Shown: in pieces, positions 28,796-38,737 of the stretch
Position numbering within the stretch: position 1 is the first letter of the stretch
How the letters are laid out: each line of letters opens with the position of its first letter
Assembly (NCBI GenBank): GCA_963801355.1
Contig: CAWDEM010000008.1
Coordinates: forward strand, 2,061,450-2,125,449
Length of the DNA: 64,000 nt
Source of the DNA: Ignavibacteriota bacterium
GTDB taxonomy: Bacteria; Bacteroidota; Ignavibacteria; UBA10030; UBA6906
Reading direction: 5' to 3'
Position numbers and translations under genes: made by a program
The notes under the pieces: generated by a model
What the model was told of the DNA's origin: nothing
The model's database searches: none
What the model saw: the letters and a program-made list of their open reading frames with translations, nothing else

Positions 28796-29668
28796 CTAGT
28801 TCCCCTCTGGACGTCGCATTGAGTCCAAACCCCTCTGCTGGATCAGATCACGGTACGTGATGAGCCTCGCGCCCTGCCCCTCCAGGATTTGCCTGAACTC
28901 CCTAGTCAGCAATGCATTCAGCTCGGCGTGCCGGTGCCGGCTCATTCCGGAAAGCCCGACGGCATTCTGATCTGTGAGGGCGTTCATTTCCGGCGTCTCA
29001 AGCCCGATATGGAACACAAAGAGATTCGGCGCGCCGGATTTCAGTCCCGAAGCAAGGGTCAGGAGATTTTCGGCTTTCTTCTCCGGTGGTGCATTGTAGT
29101 ATCCCCCGACATCCTCTTCGCCATAGTACCGGGAGATCGCAAGGCCATATTCGCGCGCCAGACGTTCCACTACTTCGCGCAATGCAATGGTGCTCACCGC
29201 CGCACCCATATGATAATCAAGATAGTCAATCCGTAAACCCGATTGCACCGCCCGTCCGATTTGAGCCCGTAGCTCCTTTTCCACTTCTGCGACAACGGGG
29301 TTATGGCTGAAGAGGAGGGCTCGTGACGGGAAAAAATACCCGCAACTGTCGACGAGCGACGGTACTGCTTCTGCCCCCGCCACCGGTCCCCACCGGTACT
29401 CCTTCCACTCCGCGTTCAACGTCAGGTGGACGCCCACCGACACTTCCGGATGCCGCCGCAGCAGTTCGACGGCCCCCTGGTACCACGGACAGGCAAACAT
29501 CACCGAAGCCGAAAACGGGATCCCCGACTCTATGACTTGTTGCGCGGCGGTGTTGACGGTATGGCACATGCCGATGTCATCACAACGGATCAACACCGGT
29601 ATTTCCTGAGCGGGCGTGGCGGCCGGCAAGAGGAATGAGGCAAGGATCACCAATCGCAGGCACATCAT
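28796..29668 (-). CDS. ChbG/YdjC/HpnK family carbohydrate deacetylase, secreted or lipoprotein.
   Basis: IRCDDIGMCHTVN matches the YdjC N-terminal DD(F/I)G metal-binding motif. A signal peptide is present. Confidence 0.65.
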   Translation of the reverse strand: MMCLRLVILASFLLPAATPAQEIPVLIRCDDIGMCHTVNTAAQQVIESGIPFSASVMFACPWYQGAVELLRRHPEVSVGVHLTLNAEWKEYRWGPVAGAEAVPSLVDSCGYFFPSRALLFSHNPVVAEVEKELRAQIGRAVQSGLRIDYLDYHMGAAVSTIALREVVERLAREYGLAISRYYGEEDVGGYYNAPPEKKAENLLTLASGLKSGAPNLFVFHIGLETPEMNALTDQNAVGLSGMSRHRHAELNALLTREFRQILEGQGARLITYRDLIQQRGLDSMRRPEGN

Positions 29669-29685
29669 ACGCAGACCTCGCGACG

Positions 29686-31113
29686 TTAACGGACAAGCAT
29701 TATTCTATGCACAACCGAAGCTCTCCCCACTGAAAGACGGCAGAGGTACATTCCGCTCGCCAATCCGGTGGCATCGAATCCTATGGTGTATTTCCCCGGC
29801 ATCATCGGTGTATTAGCGAGCACCGCAACGACACGGCCAAGCATATCGTACACAACCAGGCTGACCTTCGTCCAATCAGGCCCTGGTACGCCGAATCCGA
29901 TGGTTGTCGTGGGATTGAATGGATTGGGGTAGTTCACCAGGAAGGCTTTGCCGTTCTGGTCCGGTGTCATCCTCGCCGCCACACCTGTGACAAGGCGGTT
30001 CTTCAGCGCGGTGATGCGTTCGTAAGACGCATTGATGCGGTCTTCGGTGATCCTTCCGGATTTGACGCTCTGTTCCAGCACGTTCACCACCCGTCCTGCC
30101 AGCGAGCGCCCCGAGCTGTCAAGATTCGTGTTATACACGAGTATGTCCACACCTGCCTTGACAGCCAGCTCCATCGCCTCATCCAGCCCGTACTGGCCGG
30201 AGATTGCCTTCATACCCATCTCGTCACTGAACACCACCCCGCGGAAGCCGAGCTGGTTCCGGAGGACCCCGGTAATCGTCGCAGGCGACAACGTGGCCGG
30301 GTACAGCGAGTCCAGATGCGCGTTGTACACATGTGCCGTCATCACCGCATCAACGGCGTTATTCTCGAGCAGGCGCGTGTAAGGGATCAGCTCCGCGGTC
30401 GTCCATGTTGATGTGACATCGGTAAAACCGAGGTGCGAATCGGAGCTTGCGCTTCCATGACCGGGGAAGTGCTTGAGCGTCGTGCAGATATTCCGTTTGC
30501 GGAATTCATCGGCGAACCAGCCGGCGTGGAGCGCGACACTTTCGGGGTTCGCGGAGAAACTCCGCCCCAGGGCACCGATAGCCGGGCTTGCCGGATTCAC
30601 ATTGACATCCACAACGGGGGCAAGGTTGACGTTGATCCCTGTCTGCACAAACCACCCCGCCATTGTACGTGCGACGTTTCTGGTGTTTGCCTCGGTGTTC
30701 GCCACCGTGCCCATCTGATAGGCGGATGGCGTAGCGGCAAAACCGTTTGAAGCGCTCAACCGGGCAACCTTTCCGCCTTCTTCATCAACGGCCAGGAGCA
30801 AAGGAATGGGCGAACGCTGCTGGAGTTCGGAGGTGAAGTAGGCAATCTGCGACGGATTCCTCAGGTTATTGCTCCAGGTGAACATCAACACGCCTCCCAC
30901 CAGCCCCCGGGACAGATCATTGCGCAACGTGTCCATGGACGGTGACGACACCTCCAGCGAATCGCCGGTGGCGGTCACCATCACCATCTGTCCGAGTTTC
31001 TGGCGGAGGGAGAGCTGGGAAAGTGCCGAGTGCGGGGAGAGGCAAGTGAAGATAATAATGCCAAGGATGAAAAGGAATGAACGCTGCCAGGGTACGGTAG
31101 TAGCAACAGGCAA
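29686..31113 (-). CDS. Glycoside hydrolase family 3 beta-N-acetylhexosaminidase (NagZ-like) with a signal peptide and a C-terminal T9SS sorting domain.
   Basis: The GH3 NagZ motif KHFPGHGSASSDSHLG. C-terminus NYPNPFNPTTTIGFGVP...VVYDMLGRVVAVL. Confidence 0.85.
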   Translation of the reverse strand: MPVATTVPWQRSFLFILGIIIFTCLSPHSALSQLSLRQKLGQMVMVTATGDSLEVSSPSMDTLRNDLSRGLVGGVLMFTWSNNLRNPSQIAYFTSELQQRSPIPLLLAVDEEGGKVARLSASNGFAATPSAYQMGTVANTEANTRNVARTMAGWFVQTGINVNLAPVVDVNVNPASPAIGALGRSFSANPESVALHAGWFADEFRKRNICTTLKHFPGHGSASSDSHLGFTDVTSTWTTAELIPYTRLLENNAVDAVMTAHVYNAHLDSLYPATLSPATITGVLRNQLGFRGVVFSDEMGMKAISGQYGLDEAMELAVKAGVDILVYNTNLDSSGRSLAGRVVNVLEQSVKSGRITEDRINASYERITALKNRLVTGVAARMTPDQNGKAFLVNYPNPFNPTTTIGFGVPGPDWTKVSLVVYDMLGRVVAVLANTPMMPGKYTIGFDATGLASGMYLCRLSVGRASVVHRIMLVR

Positions 31114-31252
31114 ATCTGAAGTCCTTTACATAGTGGAGGCCTACCCTATCCCTCGATGGGGCAGGCGCACAGAACGCACCTCCTCCCCTCAGGGCTGTAG
31201 TTTAGAATCGCCAAAAATATACACCTTAGCCTCAGAATATGCAAGCAATACT

Positions 31253-33079
31253 TTAAGTTCCGGTTGGATTTTCCCTCGCGGGGGTCGCCCAGAGCCTGTT
31301 AATCACATAGAGGAGTACGCCGCCGCTGATCAGGAACACTGCGAGCAATGCAAGAGCATACTCCGTGCGTCCATACAGGAAATTTCCCACTGTGAAGAGG
31401 GACGACCAGATGACCGTGCATCCGGCCACCCATCCCAGCAGCGCCATCGGGATGTTCTCCCCCCTCGATCCTTTCTCCGCCTTTGGGAACCCCAATTCTT
31501 TCCGGATGGCTTCCCACCCCGGACCGAAGGGGCGGACCTTCGTGTAGAATGCCCGCAGCGTCTCCCGGTTTGTCTCGGGCCCGAAGAGAGCGGTCAGGAT
31601 CCAGCACGCGGACGTGAATATGACAGTAATGACGAGGCCGACGTGGGTGCTGACCCCCGCGCCATTTCTGTTGGCGATTAGCAACACGATGGAGACGAAA
31701 AATGAACTGACCATTGCCACCACCTCACTCCATGCGTTCACCCGCCACCAGAACCACCGCACGAGGTAGAGCAGCCCTGTGCCGGCACCGACCTGCAGGA
31801 TGATATCAAATGCATCCTTTGCGCTTTCGAGGAAGAACACCATCGACGAGGAAAGGACGAAGAGCAAGATAGTGGCCCATCGTCCGGCGCGAACATAGTG
31901 CTTTTCATCCGCATCACGTTTAATGAAGCGGCGGTAGAAATCGTGGACGAGATACGAAGCGCCCCAGTTCAGATGTGTCAGAATTGTCGATGAGTTTGCA
32001 GCGATGAGCCCGCCCACCATCAGACCGATGAATCCCACCGGCAGGAACTTGAGCATTGCCGGATAGGCAATGTCGTGTCCGAGCAACGTGGGGTCCAGGT
32101 TCGGGAACGCGTGCTGAATGTCGGAGAGTTGTGGATACACGATGATGGAGCAGAGGCCCACCAGAATCCAGGGCCAGGGGCGCAGCACATAGTGGGCGAT
32201 ATTGAAGAAGAGCACCGCGCCGAGGGCATCCTTTTCCGACTTTGACGCAAGCATGCGTTGCGCGATGTAGCTTCCCCCGCCGGGTTCTGCGCCGGGATAC
32301 CAGACAGCCCACCATTGTACGGCGATCGGCATGATAAACACCGCCACCGCAATATCCCAGTTGTTGGTGAAGTCGGGGAGGATATTCAAATAGTTCAGGC
32401 CGTTCGGCCCTTTCAGCACGGAGAGTTTCTCGACCATCCCGCTCAACCCGCCGACCTCGGGCAGCTGCACCGCAAAATAGGCCGCGGCGATGACCGCGGT
32501 CATCTTGATGAAAAACTGCACCATATCAATCACCAGCACTCCCCAGAGTCCCGAGTGGGTGGCAAACGCTACGTTGAGAAACCCGACTGCCAGGAGAGTC
32601 TGCCAGCGCTCAAGTCCGAACAGAATCCCCGCGATTTTGCATGCGGCAAGATTGACCGTGGCCATGATCATACAGTTGAAGAACAGGCCGAGGTAGACCG
32701 ACCGGAAGCCGCGCACAAATCCGGCTGCTTTGCCGGAATACCGGATTTCATAGAACTCAAGGTCGGTCATGACACCCGACCTCCGCCAGAGACGGGCATA
32801 GAAAAACACGGTCGCAACGCCGGTCAGCACAAATGCCCACCAGACCCAGTTACCTGCGACACCGTTGCGCCGCACGATATCCGTCACGAGGTTTGGGGTA
32901 TCGCTGCTGAAGGTCGTTGCCACCATCGACAACCCGGCCAGCCACCACGGCACCGAACGGCCGGACGCGAAGAACTCGGTGGTATTCTTGCCCGCACGTT
33001 TTCCGAAGAAGAGTGCCGGGAAGAAACAGACGACCAGAGCGACAACAACAATGACCCAGTCAATGAGTTGCAGGTGCAT
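31253..33079 (-). CDS. Sodium:solute symporter (SSS family) transporter.
   Basis: The N-terminal SSF signature (FFASGRSVPWWLAGLSMVATTFSSDT) and 13-15 TM helices. Confidence 0.85.
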   Translation of the reverse strand: MHLQLIDWVIVVVALVVCFFPALFFGKRAGKNTTEFFASGRSVPWWLAGLSMVATTFSSDTPNLVTDIVRRNGVAGNWVWWAFVLTGVATVFFYARLWRRSGVMTDLEFYEIRYSGKAAGFVRGFRSVYLGLFFNCMIMATVNLAACKIAGILFGLERWQTLLAVGFLNVAFATHSGLWGVLVIDMVQFFIKMTAVIAAAYFAVQLPEVGGLSGMVEKLSVLKGPNGLNYLNILPDFTNNWDIAVAVFIMPIAVQWWAVWYPGAEPGGGSYIAQRMLASKSEKDALGAVLFFNIAHYVLRPWPWILVGLCSIIVYPQLSDIQHAFPNLDPTLLGHDIAYPAMLKFLPVGFIGLMVGGLIAANSSTILTHLNWGASYLVHDFYRRFIKRDADEKHYVRAGRWATILLFVLSSSMVFFLESAKDAFDIILQVGAGTGLLYLVRWFWWRVNAWSEVVAMVSSFFVSIVLLIANRNGAGVSTHVGLVITVIFTSACWILTALFGPETNRETLRAFYTKVRPFGPGWEAIRKELGFPKAEKGSRGENIPMALLGWVAGCTVIWSSLFTVGNFLYGRTEYALALLAVFLISGGVLLYVINRLWATPARENPTGT

Positions 33080-33096
33080 GTATCACCCCTTCATGG

Positions 33097-33960
33097 TTAC
33101 TGCCAGAGCTTTCCGCGAAACTGTTTCCTCAGGGACTCCTCTACAACATCGATATCGCCGGCGGTGGTCAGGTCAGGCACCGGTTCGGCGATGGGAATCG
33201 CCACCACCGACCCGGGAACCTCCCTGATCATCCTGCTGACCGCTACCGGCAATTCCTTTTCACTGCGCACGGGGTCCATGGGAGCCTGCTCCAAAAACGG
33301 CAGGATCACGTCGCAGGCAAACCGCCAGAGATTCATGCTCACCCAGACTCTTCCATCCGGGCCGGTCACACGCGTGATCTGTTCCTCCGATGGCTTTTCG
33401 ATGATCTCCACAAGCCTCCCCGACCCATCCTTCAACAGTACGCCGAACTGCCGGGCACGTGTGGATGAGAAACCAAGTGCATCACGATCGTACGCTATCA
33501 GTGCACATCGATCTCCCGTGTCGAGCATTTTGCGCAAGGCCGCGACGGAGTACAGATTGTCGCTGTTACAGACCGTGCATCCCCGTCCACTCCAGTCCGG
33601 TCTTGACCGCAAGGCCTGCAGCAACGCATCAGCGGTACCGAGCGGTTTTGTTCGTCCAGCGGGAATCTTCTGAATCGCGTAGGAGATCTCGAGCGAGTGG
33701 AAACGATTGCCCCGGTCGGTGGTGCCATAGCGCTCACGGAATGCCCTGTTCTGCTCGCCCACCACCAGCACAACATCCCGATACCCTGCCAGTTCGGCAT
33801 TCCAGAGCAGATAGTCCAGAAACGGACGTTTCCCTTCTCCCAGGCCGATGAGTGATTTCGCCGCGTGTGAAGCCTCATGCCCCGCACCGAGCGCGCTCAT
33901 GGACTTCTTCATCCGTGAGGAAACACCACCCGCAAGAATGACGATATTGGGACTGTTCAC
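33097..33960 (-). CDS. Sugar-1-phosphate nucleotidyltransferase (MurU / GlmU-N / RmlA-like NTP-transferase family).
   Basis: N-terminus IVILAGGVSSRMK is the nucleotidyltransferase G-loop. It overlaps the upstream kinase gene by 4 bp. Confidence 0.8.
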   Translation of the reverse strand: MNSPNIVILAGGVSSRMKKSMSALGAGHEASHAAKSLIGLGEGKRPFLDYLLWNAELAGYRDVVLVVGEQNRAFRERYGTTDRGNRFHSLEISYAIQKIPAGRTKPLGTADALLQALRSRPDWSGRGCTVCNSDNLYSVAALRKMLDTGDRCALIAYDRDALGFSSTRARQFGVLLKDGSGRLVEIIEKPSEEQITRVTGPDGRVWVSMNLWRFACDVILPFLEQAPMDPVRSEKELPVAVSRMIREVPGSVVAIPIAEPVPDLTTAGDIDVVEESLRKQFRGKLWQ

Positions 33961-35111
33961 CGGCGGGATCCTCCGGCGCGGCCGGAATCATCACGCACAC
34001 CTTCGTCCGTCCTCACAATGTAGGCCTGTCCTCCGGCCCGCTCAACGGCCGCGGCGACTTCTTCAGGGTGCTCCGGCGCGTATGCGAACATACATCCTCC
34101 CCCTCCCGACCCGTTGATCTTGCCTCCACAGGCGCCTGCGGAAAGGGCCGCATCGAGCATGCGATCGATCTTCGGGGTCGAGATGCGCAGGACATCCCGT
34201 AGCACTGCCTGATGTTCCGAGAGAAGGAGCCCCAACCGGTGATGGTTAAGAGGGTGCGCTTGCAGCAGTTGCCGTGCAAGAGCGGTGATATCCCTGTTGC
34301 GCAATGTCCCGAGCAACAGAGCCGCCCGCTCCGGTGTAAGATCCCTGCTATACTGAATCAGCGACGGTTCATCGACCGTGTGCAGAGAGAATTCCGGATA
34401 CCTTCCGGCCAAGCCGGCGGTGATTTCCAGGATCTGATTCTTGACACGCGCGAGAATTGCCGTAGTGTCTTTCGGCTCACCGGAGTCACCCAGGACGAAG
34501 GTCCGGAGCGGAACATCAAGGGGGGTGACGACGATCGAGGGGGCAAAATCAATAGCCAGGATGCCCCCGAACGAGGTTGAAAAATGGTCCATCATGCCGC
34601 CGGGTTCCTTGAACTCGACCACTTCCGCTTCATGGGCAAGGCGGGCAATCTCCCTGGGTGGCAGGAGTACCGCCTGGTCGCTCATGCGCACCAGGAAGTC
34701 GACCCACGCCACGATGAGCGCCGACGAACTGGATGTGCCGGTGTTGATCGGAATCTTGCCGCGCACGGCGGCGCGGATCCCGGTGCTGTGCGTGTAGCCA
34801 TGCCGGTGAACGACATTGACTGCGCTTCTCAGATAGTCGCGTTCCTTCTCGTAGTGCAGTGGACAGTCAAGGGGAAAAGACTCGCGACTCCGGATGTCAG
34901 GAAGGTCCAATTCCGCCCAGGGCCGTGCGGTGCGCACGCCTTCGATGGTGACGCGGAGAGAGATGGCACAGGGGACGACGGGCAGATGCAGATAGTCCTG
35001 ATGTTCACCGAACAGACAGATCCTGCCGGGTGCTGAGATGCGAAGGGATTGGGGGCGCGTTGGTGCGGACATACTGCAGGTGAATGTATCGGAAGAATTA
35101 TGGATTGTCAA
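33957..35111 (-). CDS. GHMP-family anomeric sugar kinase (galactokinase/GalNAc-kinase-like).
   Basis: The galactokinase signature PGRICLFGEHQDY, motif II PINTGTSSSSAL, and motif III KINGSGGGGCMFA. Confidence 0.8.
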   Translation of the reverse strand: MTIHNSSDTFTCSMSAPTRPQSLRISAPGRICLFGEHQDYLHLPVVPCAISLRVTIEGVRTARPWAELDLPDIRSRESFPLDCPLHYEKERDYLRSAVNVVHRHGYTHSTGIRAAVRGKIPINTGTSSSSALIVAWVDFLVRMSDQAVLLPPREIARLAHEAEVVEFKEPGGMMDHFSTSFGGILAIDFAPSIVVTPLDVPLRTFVLGDSGEPKDTTAILARVKNQILEITAGLAGRYPEFSLHTVDEPSLIQYSRDLTPERAALLLGTLRNRDITALARQLLQAHPLNHHRLGLLLSEHQAVLRDVLRISTPKIDRMLDAALSAGACGGKINGSGGGGCMFAYAPEHPEEVAAAVERAGGQAYIVRTDEGVRDDSGRAGGSRR

Positions 35112-35177
35112 GAAGATTCATGGGCAGGAACCGGGCATGTTGAACCGAGCAGGGACCGGTCTCCGGAGCCGGTCTTC

Positions 35178-36380
35178 CTACAAGATCCTGACCCTGAGTG
35201 TGTGTGGTACCTTCTGCAGATCGCCGAAAAGAGAATCCTTGTACTCCGCATCCACATCGGCAATGGCATAGCCGATGAATTCATTGGTACGGAGATACTG
35301 TGAAATCACGTTGACATTGTTCTGTGCGAAGATTCCATTGATATGTGAAAGCACGCCGGGGACATTCTCATGCACGTGGAGAAGCCGGCGCACGGGGGAT
35401 TTGTCGTGGAGGGGCAAATTGATGCGGGGAAAATTCACACTGGTGAACGTGCTGCCGGTTGTGTTGTACTCGAGGATCTTCTGCGTGACGAACGATGCAA
35501 TATTCTCTTGCGCCTCCTCAGTGCTGCCGCCGATGTGCGGCGTCAAGAGCACATTGGGCAACCCTTGCAGCGGCGAAACAAACGGCTCGCGTCCATCCTG
35601 CGGCTCCTCGGGAAATACATCCACGGCGGCCCCGGCCACCCTGCCATTCCGGAGGCTGTCTGCCAGGGCTTCGACGTTGACAATGTGTCCCCGGCTTAGA
35701 TTCAAGAGGAGCACGCCAACCTTCATCATCGCGAACTCCTCTGCGTCGAGAAGATTCGTATTGGATGGATTGCCGTCGACGTGGATCGTGATGATGTCGG
35801 CAATCTCAAGCAACTCCCTCAGGGTGGCGAGTCGGGTCGCATTCCCGATGGCAAGTTTGTCTACGATGTCAAAAAAGTACACATCCATCCCCATGGCCTC
35901 TGCGAGGATGGAGACCTGGGATCCGATGTTGCCGAATCCGATGATGCCCAGTTTCTTCCCCCGCACTTCCCGGGCCCGTTCCGTCGTCTTGTCCCACACA
36001 CCCCGATGCGCCTTGGCAATTTTGTCGTAGAGCCGGCGGATGAGCAGAATGATCTCCGCGATGACAAGCTCGGCAACACTTCGCGTATTGCTGTACGGTG
36101 CATTGAACACAGCGACACCGTGATGCGATGCCGCAAGCAGATCCACCTGATTTGTACCTATGCAATAAGCACCTACGACCGAAAGATCACGTGCATGATC
36201 GAAAATCCGGGACGTGAGCTGTGTGCGGGATCGGATTCCCAGCACCTCCACACCGTCGAGGGCCGCGATGAGATCATCTTCACTCACGCGGGATTTTCCC
36301 GAGCGCACATCATACCCTGCGCCGGCGAACGCGGAAACAGCGTTGGGATGGATGTTCTCGAGCAGTAAGGCTTTCATCAA
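35178..36380 (-). CDS. D-isomer-specific 2-hydroxyacid dehydrogenase with a C-terminal ACT domain (SerA / D-3-phosphoglycerate dehydrogenase-like).
   Basis: The NAD-binding motif GIIGFGNIGSQV, a catalytic His/Glu region, and a C-terminal ACT domain of about 70 aa. It overlaps the upstream GRE gene by 4 bp. Confidence 0.8.
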   Translation of the reverse strand: MMKALLLENIHPNAVSAFAGAGYDVRSGKSRVSEDDLIAALDGVEVLGIRSRTQLTSRIFDHARDLSVVGAYCIGTNQVDLLAASHHGVAVFNAPYSNTRSVAELVIAEIILLIRRLYDKIAKAHRGVWDKTTERAREVRGKKLGIIGFGNIGSQVSILAEAMGMDVYFFDIVDKLAIGNATRLATLRELLEIADIITIHVDGNPSNTNLLDAEEFAMMKVGVLLLNLSRGHIVNVEALADSLRNGRVAGAAVDVFPEEPQDGREPFVSPLQGLPNVLLTPHIGGSTEEAQENIASFVTQKILEYNTTGSTFTSVNFPRINLPLHDKSPVRRLLHVHENVPGVLSHINGIFAQNNVNVISQYLRTNEFIGYAIADVDAEYKDSLFGDLQKVPHTLRVRIL

Positions 36381-38734
36381 AATCCCTGGTGTTCGGTCCG
36401 TGCAATGATTTCATTCTGCAGTGTTGTGCTCAGGTCCGCAAAATAGTCGCTGTACCCTGCGACCCGGACAATGAGATCACGATGTTGCTCGGGGTGTTTC
36501 TGAGCATCCCGGAGTTTTTCCGCACTCACCACATTGAACTGGATGTGATGCCCCCCGAGGGTGAAGTAGGACCGCACCAGGCGGGCGAGTGTATCGATCC
36601 CCTTCTCCCCTTCAAGAAGCTGGGGGGTGAACTTCTGGTTCAATAGGGTCCCGCCTGTCCGCACATGATCCATCTTTGCTGCTGATTTCAGTACCGCCGT
36701 CGGCCCGCGGCGGTCGGCGCCCTGCACCGGAGAAATCCCTTCCGACAGCGGCGTACCGGCCTTCCTCCCGTCGGGCGTGGCCCCGGTGACCGAGCCGAAG
36801 TAGACATGGCAGGTTGTCGGCAGAAGATTGATCCGGTACATGCCCCCTTTGGTATTCGGTCTCCCGTTGACTTCAGCATAAAACGCCTCAAACACCTCCC
36901 GCATCACGCTGTCCGCCCGGTCATCGTCATTCCCGTACTTGGGCGCGCGATTCATGACCAGCAGCCGGGTCTGCTCGAATCCGTCATAATCCGCGTCCAG
37001 CACCTTGACAAGGTCAGCCATCGTGAGCATATGCTCTTCGAAGACCAGTGACTTGATTGCGGAGAGGCTATCGGTCATCGTACCGATGCCGACACCCTGA
37101 ATGTAGTTGGTGTTGTACCGTGCTCCGCCGGCGTTGTAGTCCTTGCCCCGTGCGATGCAATCGTCGGTGAGCAGCGAGAGGAACGGTACAGGCATGTACT
37201 CGGCATAAATGCGCTCGATAACGTTGTTGCCCCGCACCTTGATATCCACGAAATGATGCAGCTGCTTTCTGTACGCCCGCATCACGTCATCAAACGTCCG
37301 CCATTCGTCTGCCGCCCCGGTGGGAATGCCCAGCATCGTGCCGGTTCCAGGGTCCATGCCATTATGCAATGTGATTTCGAGGACCTTCGGCATATTGAAA
37401 TAGCCGGTGAGAATATAACTCTCTTTCCCGAATGCACCGGTTTCAACGCACCCGCTGGTGCCGCCATCGCGGGCGTCTTCGACGGATTTCCCCTGCCGCA
37501 ACATTTCTTCGATGACGGTTTCGGCATTGAAGATCGACGGCTGCCCCCTGCCCTTCCGGATCACCCTGCCGGCATGCTTCAGGAACGCATCGGGGTTCTT
37601 CCTGCTCAGCTGGATATTCGAACTTGGCTGCACGAGCTGCATTTCATCGACCACGTCCAGCATGAGAAAGCTCACGTCATTCACTGCATCGCTGCCGTCC
37701 TGCTTCAGGCCGCCGCAGTTAATGTTGGCGAAATCGGTATATGTCGAGCTTTCCGCGGCGGTCACACCGACCTTCGGAGGTGCAGGCTGGTTGTTAAACT
37801 TCACCCAGAAGCATTGCAGGAGTTCTTGGGCACTCTCCCGTGACAGCGTCCCATCCGCGATCCCCCGCTCGTAAAAGGGAAGGAGGTGTTGATCCAGACG
37901 CCCGGGGTTGTACGCGTCCCACGGGTTGAGCTCTGTGATCACCCCGAGGTGAACAAACCAGTATGCCTGGAGCGCCTCCTGGAAGTCGGCCGGTGCATGT
38001 GCGGGAACCCTGCGGCACACACGTTCGATGGTGAGGAGTTCCGACCTGCGGACCGGATCACGCTCCTCACGGGCCAGCGACGCGGTAAGATCCGCATGAC
38101 GGTTGGCGAAGGCAATGATTGTGCCGGCGCAGATATCCATGGCACGCAGCTCTTCCCGCTTCGCGTAGGCCTCGGGATCGGAAAAGAAATCCAGTGCCGC
38201 CATCCGCTCCCCGATCTCCCGTTGGAACTCCAGCATCCCCTTCCGGTAGATCTTGTCGTCCAGCACCGTGTGCCCCGGTGCCCGCTGTTCCATGAACTCC
38301 GTGAATACTCCGGCCGCATAGGCATCCTTCCACTCCTGCGTCATCTCCTCAAAGATCTTCTCACGAATTGTCTTCCCTTTCCAGAATGGAATCAGCGTGT
38401 CGCGGTATGCGGCGCGCATCTCCGGACTGACTCTGAACGAGACCTTCTCGCGTGTATCGAGGATATGCAGATCTTCGAGAGAATGGCAGCAGAGCTCAGG
38501 ATAGGTGTACGTGGCTTTGGGAGCAGGTCCGCGTTCGCCGACAATGAGTTCGCCGTCGTTGATGCAGATCGTGCGATGCTCCATAATGTGCTTGAACGTC
38601 AGGGCACGGCGCACCGCGACGGACACGAAGCCTATCTGTTCGTAGGCCTCCTTGACGAGAAGCGCGCGCTCCGGTGTGAGATGCGGAACGGCATGCATGC
38701 TCTGTTCACGCAATTTTCTGACACGTTCTGTCAT
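36377..38734 (-). CDS. Glycyl radical enzyme of the eliminase/dehydratase clade (PFL2 / glycerol-dehydratase / HypD-like).
   Basis: The C-terminal glycyl radical motif RVAGYSDYF and the active-site motif SGCVETG (thiyl Cys plus general-base Glu, as in GRE 1,2-eliminases). 785 aa. Confidence 0.9.
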   Translation of the reverse strand: MTERVRKLREQSMHAVPHLTPERALLVKEAYEQIGFVSVAVRRALTFKHIMEHRTICINDGELIVGERGPAPKATYTYPELCCHSLEDLHILDTREKVSFRVSPEMRAAYRDTLIPFWKGKTIREKIFEEMTQEWKDAYAAGVFTEFMEQRAPGHTVLDDKIYRKGMLEFQREIGERMAALDFFSDPEAYAKREELRAMDICAGTIIAFANRHADLTASLAREERDPVRRSELLTIERVCRRVPAHAPADFQEALQAYWFVHLGVITELNPWDAYNPGRLDQHLLPFYERGIADGTLSRESAQELLQCFWVKFNNQPAPPKVGVTAAESSTYTDFANINCGGLKQDGSDAVNDVSFLMLDVVDEMQLVQPSSNIQLSRKNPDAFLKHAGRVIRKGRGQPSIFNAETVIEEMLRQGKSVEDARDGGTSGCVETGAFGKESYILTGYFNMPKVLEITLHNGMDPGTGTMLGIPTGAADEWRTFDDVMRAYRKQLHHFVDIKVRGNNVIERIYAEYMPVPFLSLLTDDCIARGKDYNAGGARYNTNYIQGVGIGTMTDSLSAIKSLVFEEHMLTMADLVKVLDADYDGFEQTRLLVMNRAPKYGNDDDRADSVMREVFEAFYAEVNGRPNTKGGMYRINLLPTTCHVYFGSVTGATPDGRKAGTPLSEGISPVQGADRRGPTAVLKSAAKMDHVRTGGTLLNQKFTPQLLEGEKGIDTLARLVRSYFTLGGHHIQFNVVSAEKLRDAQKHPEQHRDLIVRVAGYSDYFADLSTTLQNEIIARTEHQGF

Positions 38735-38737
38735 TCC

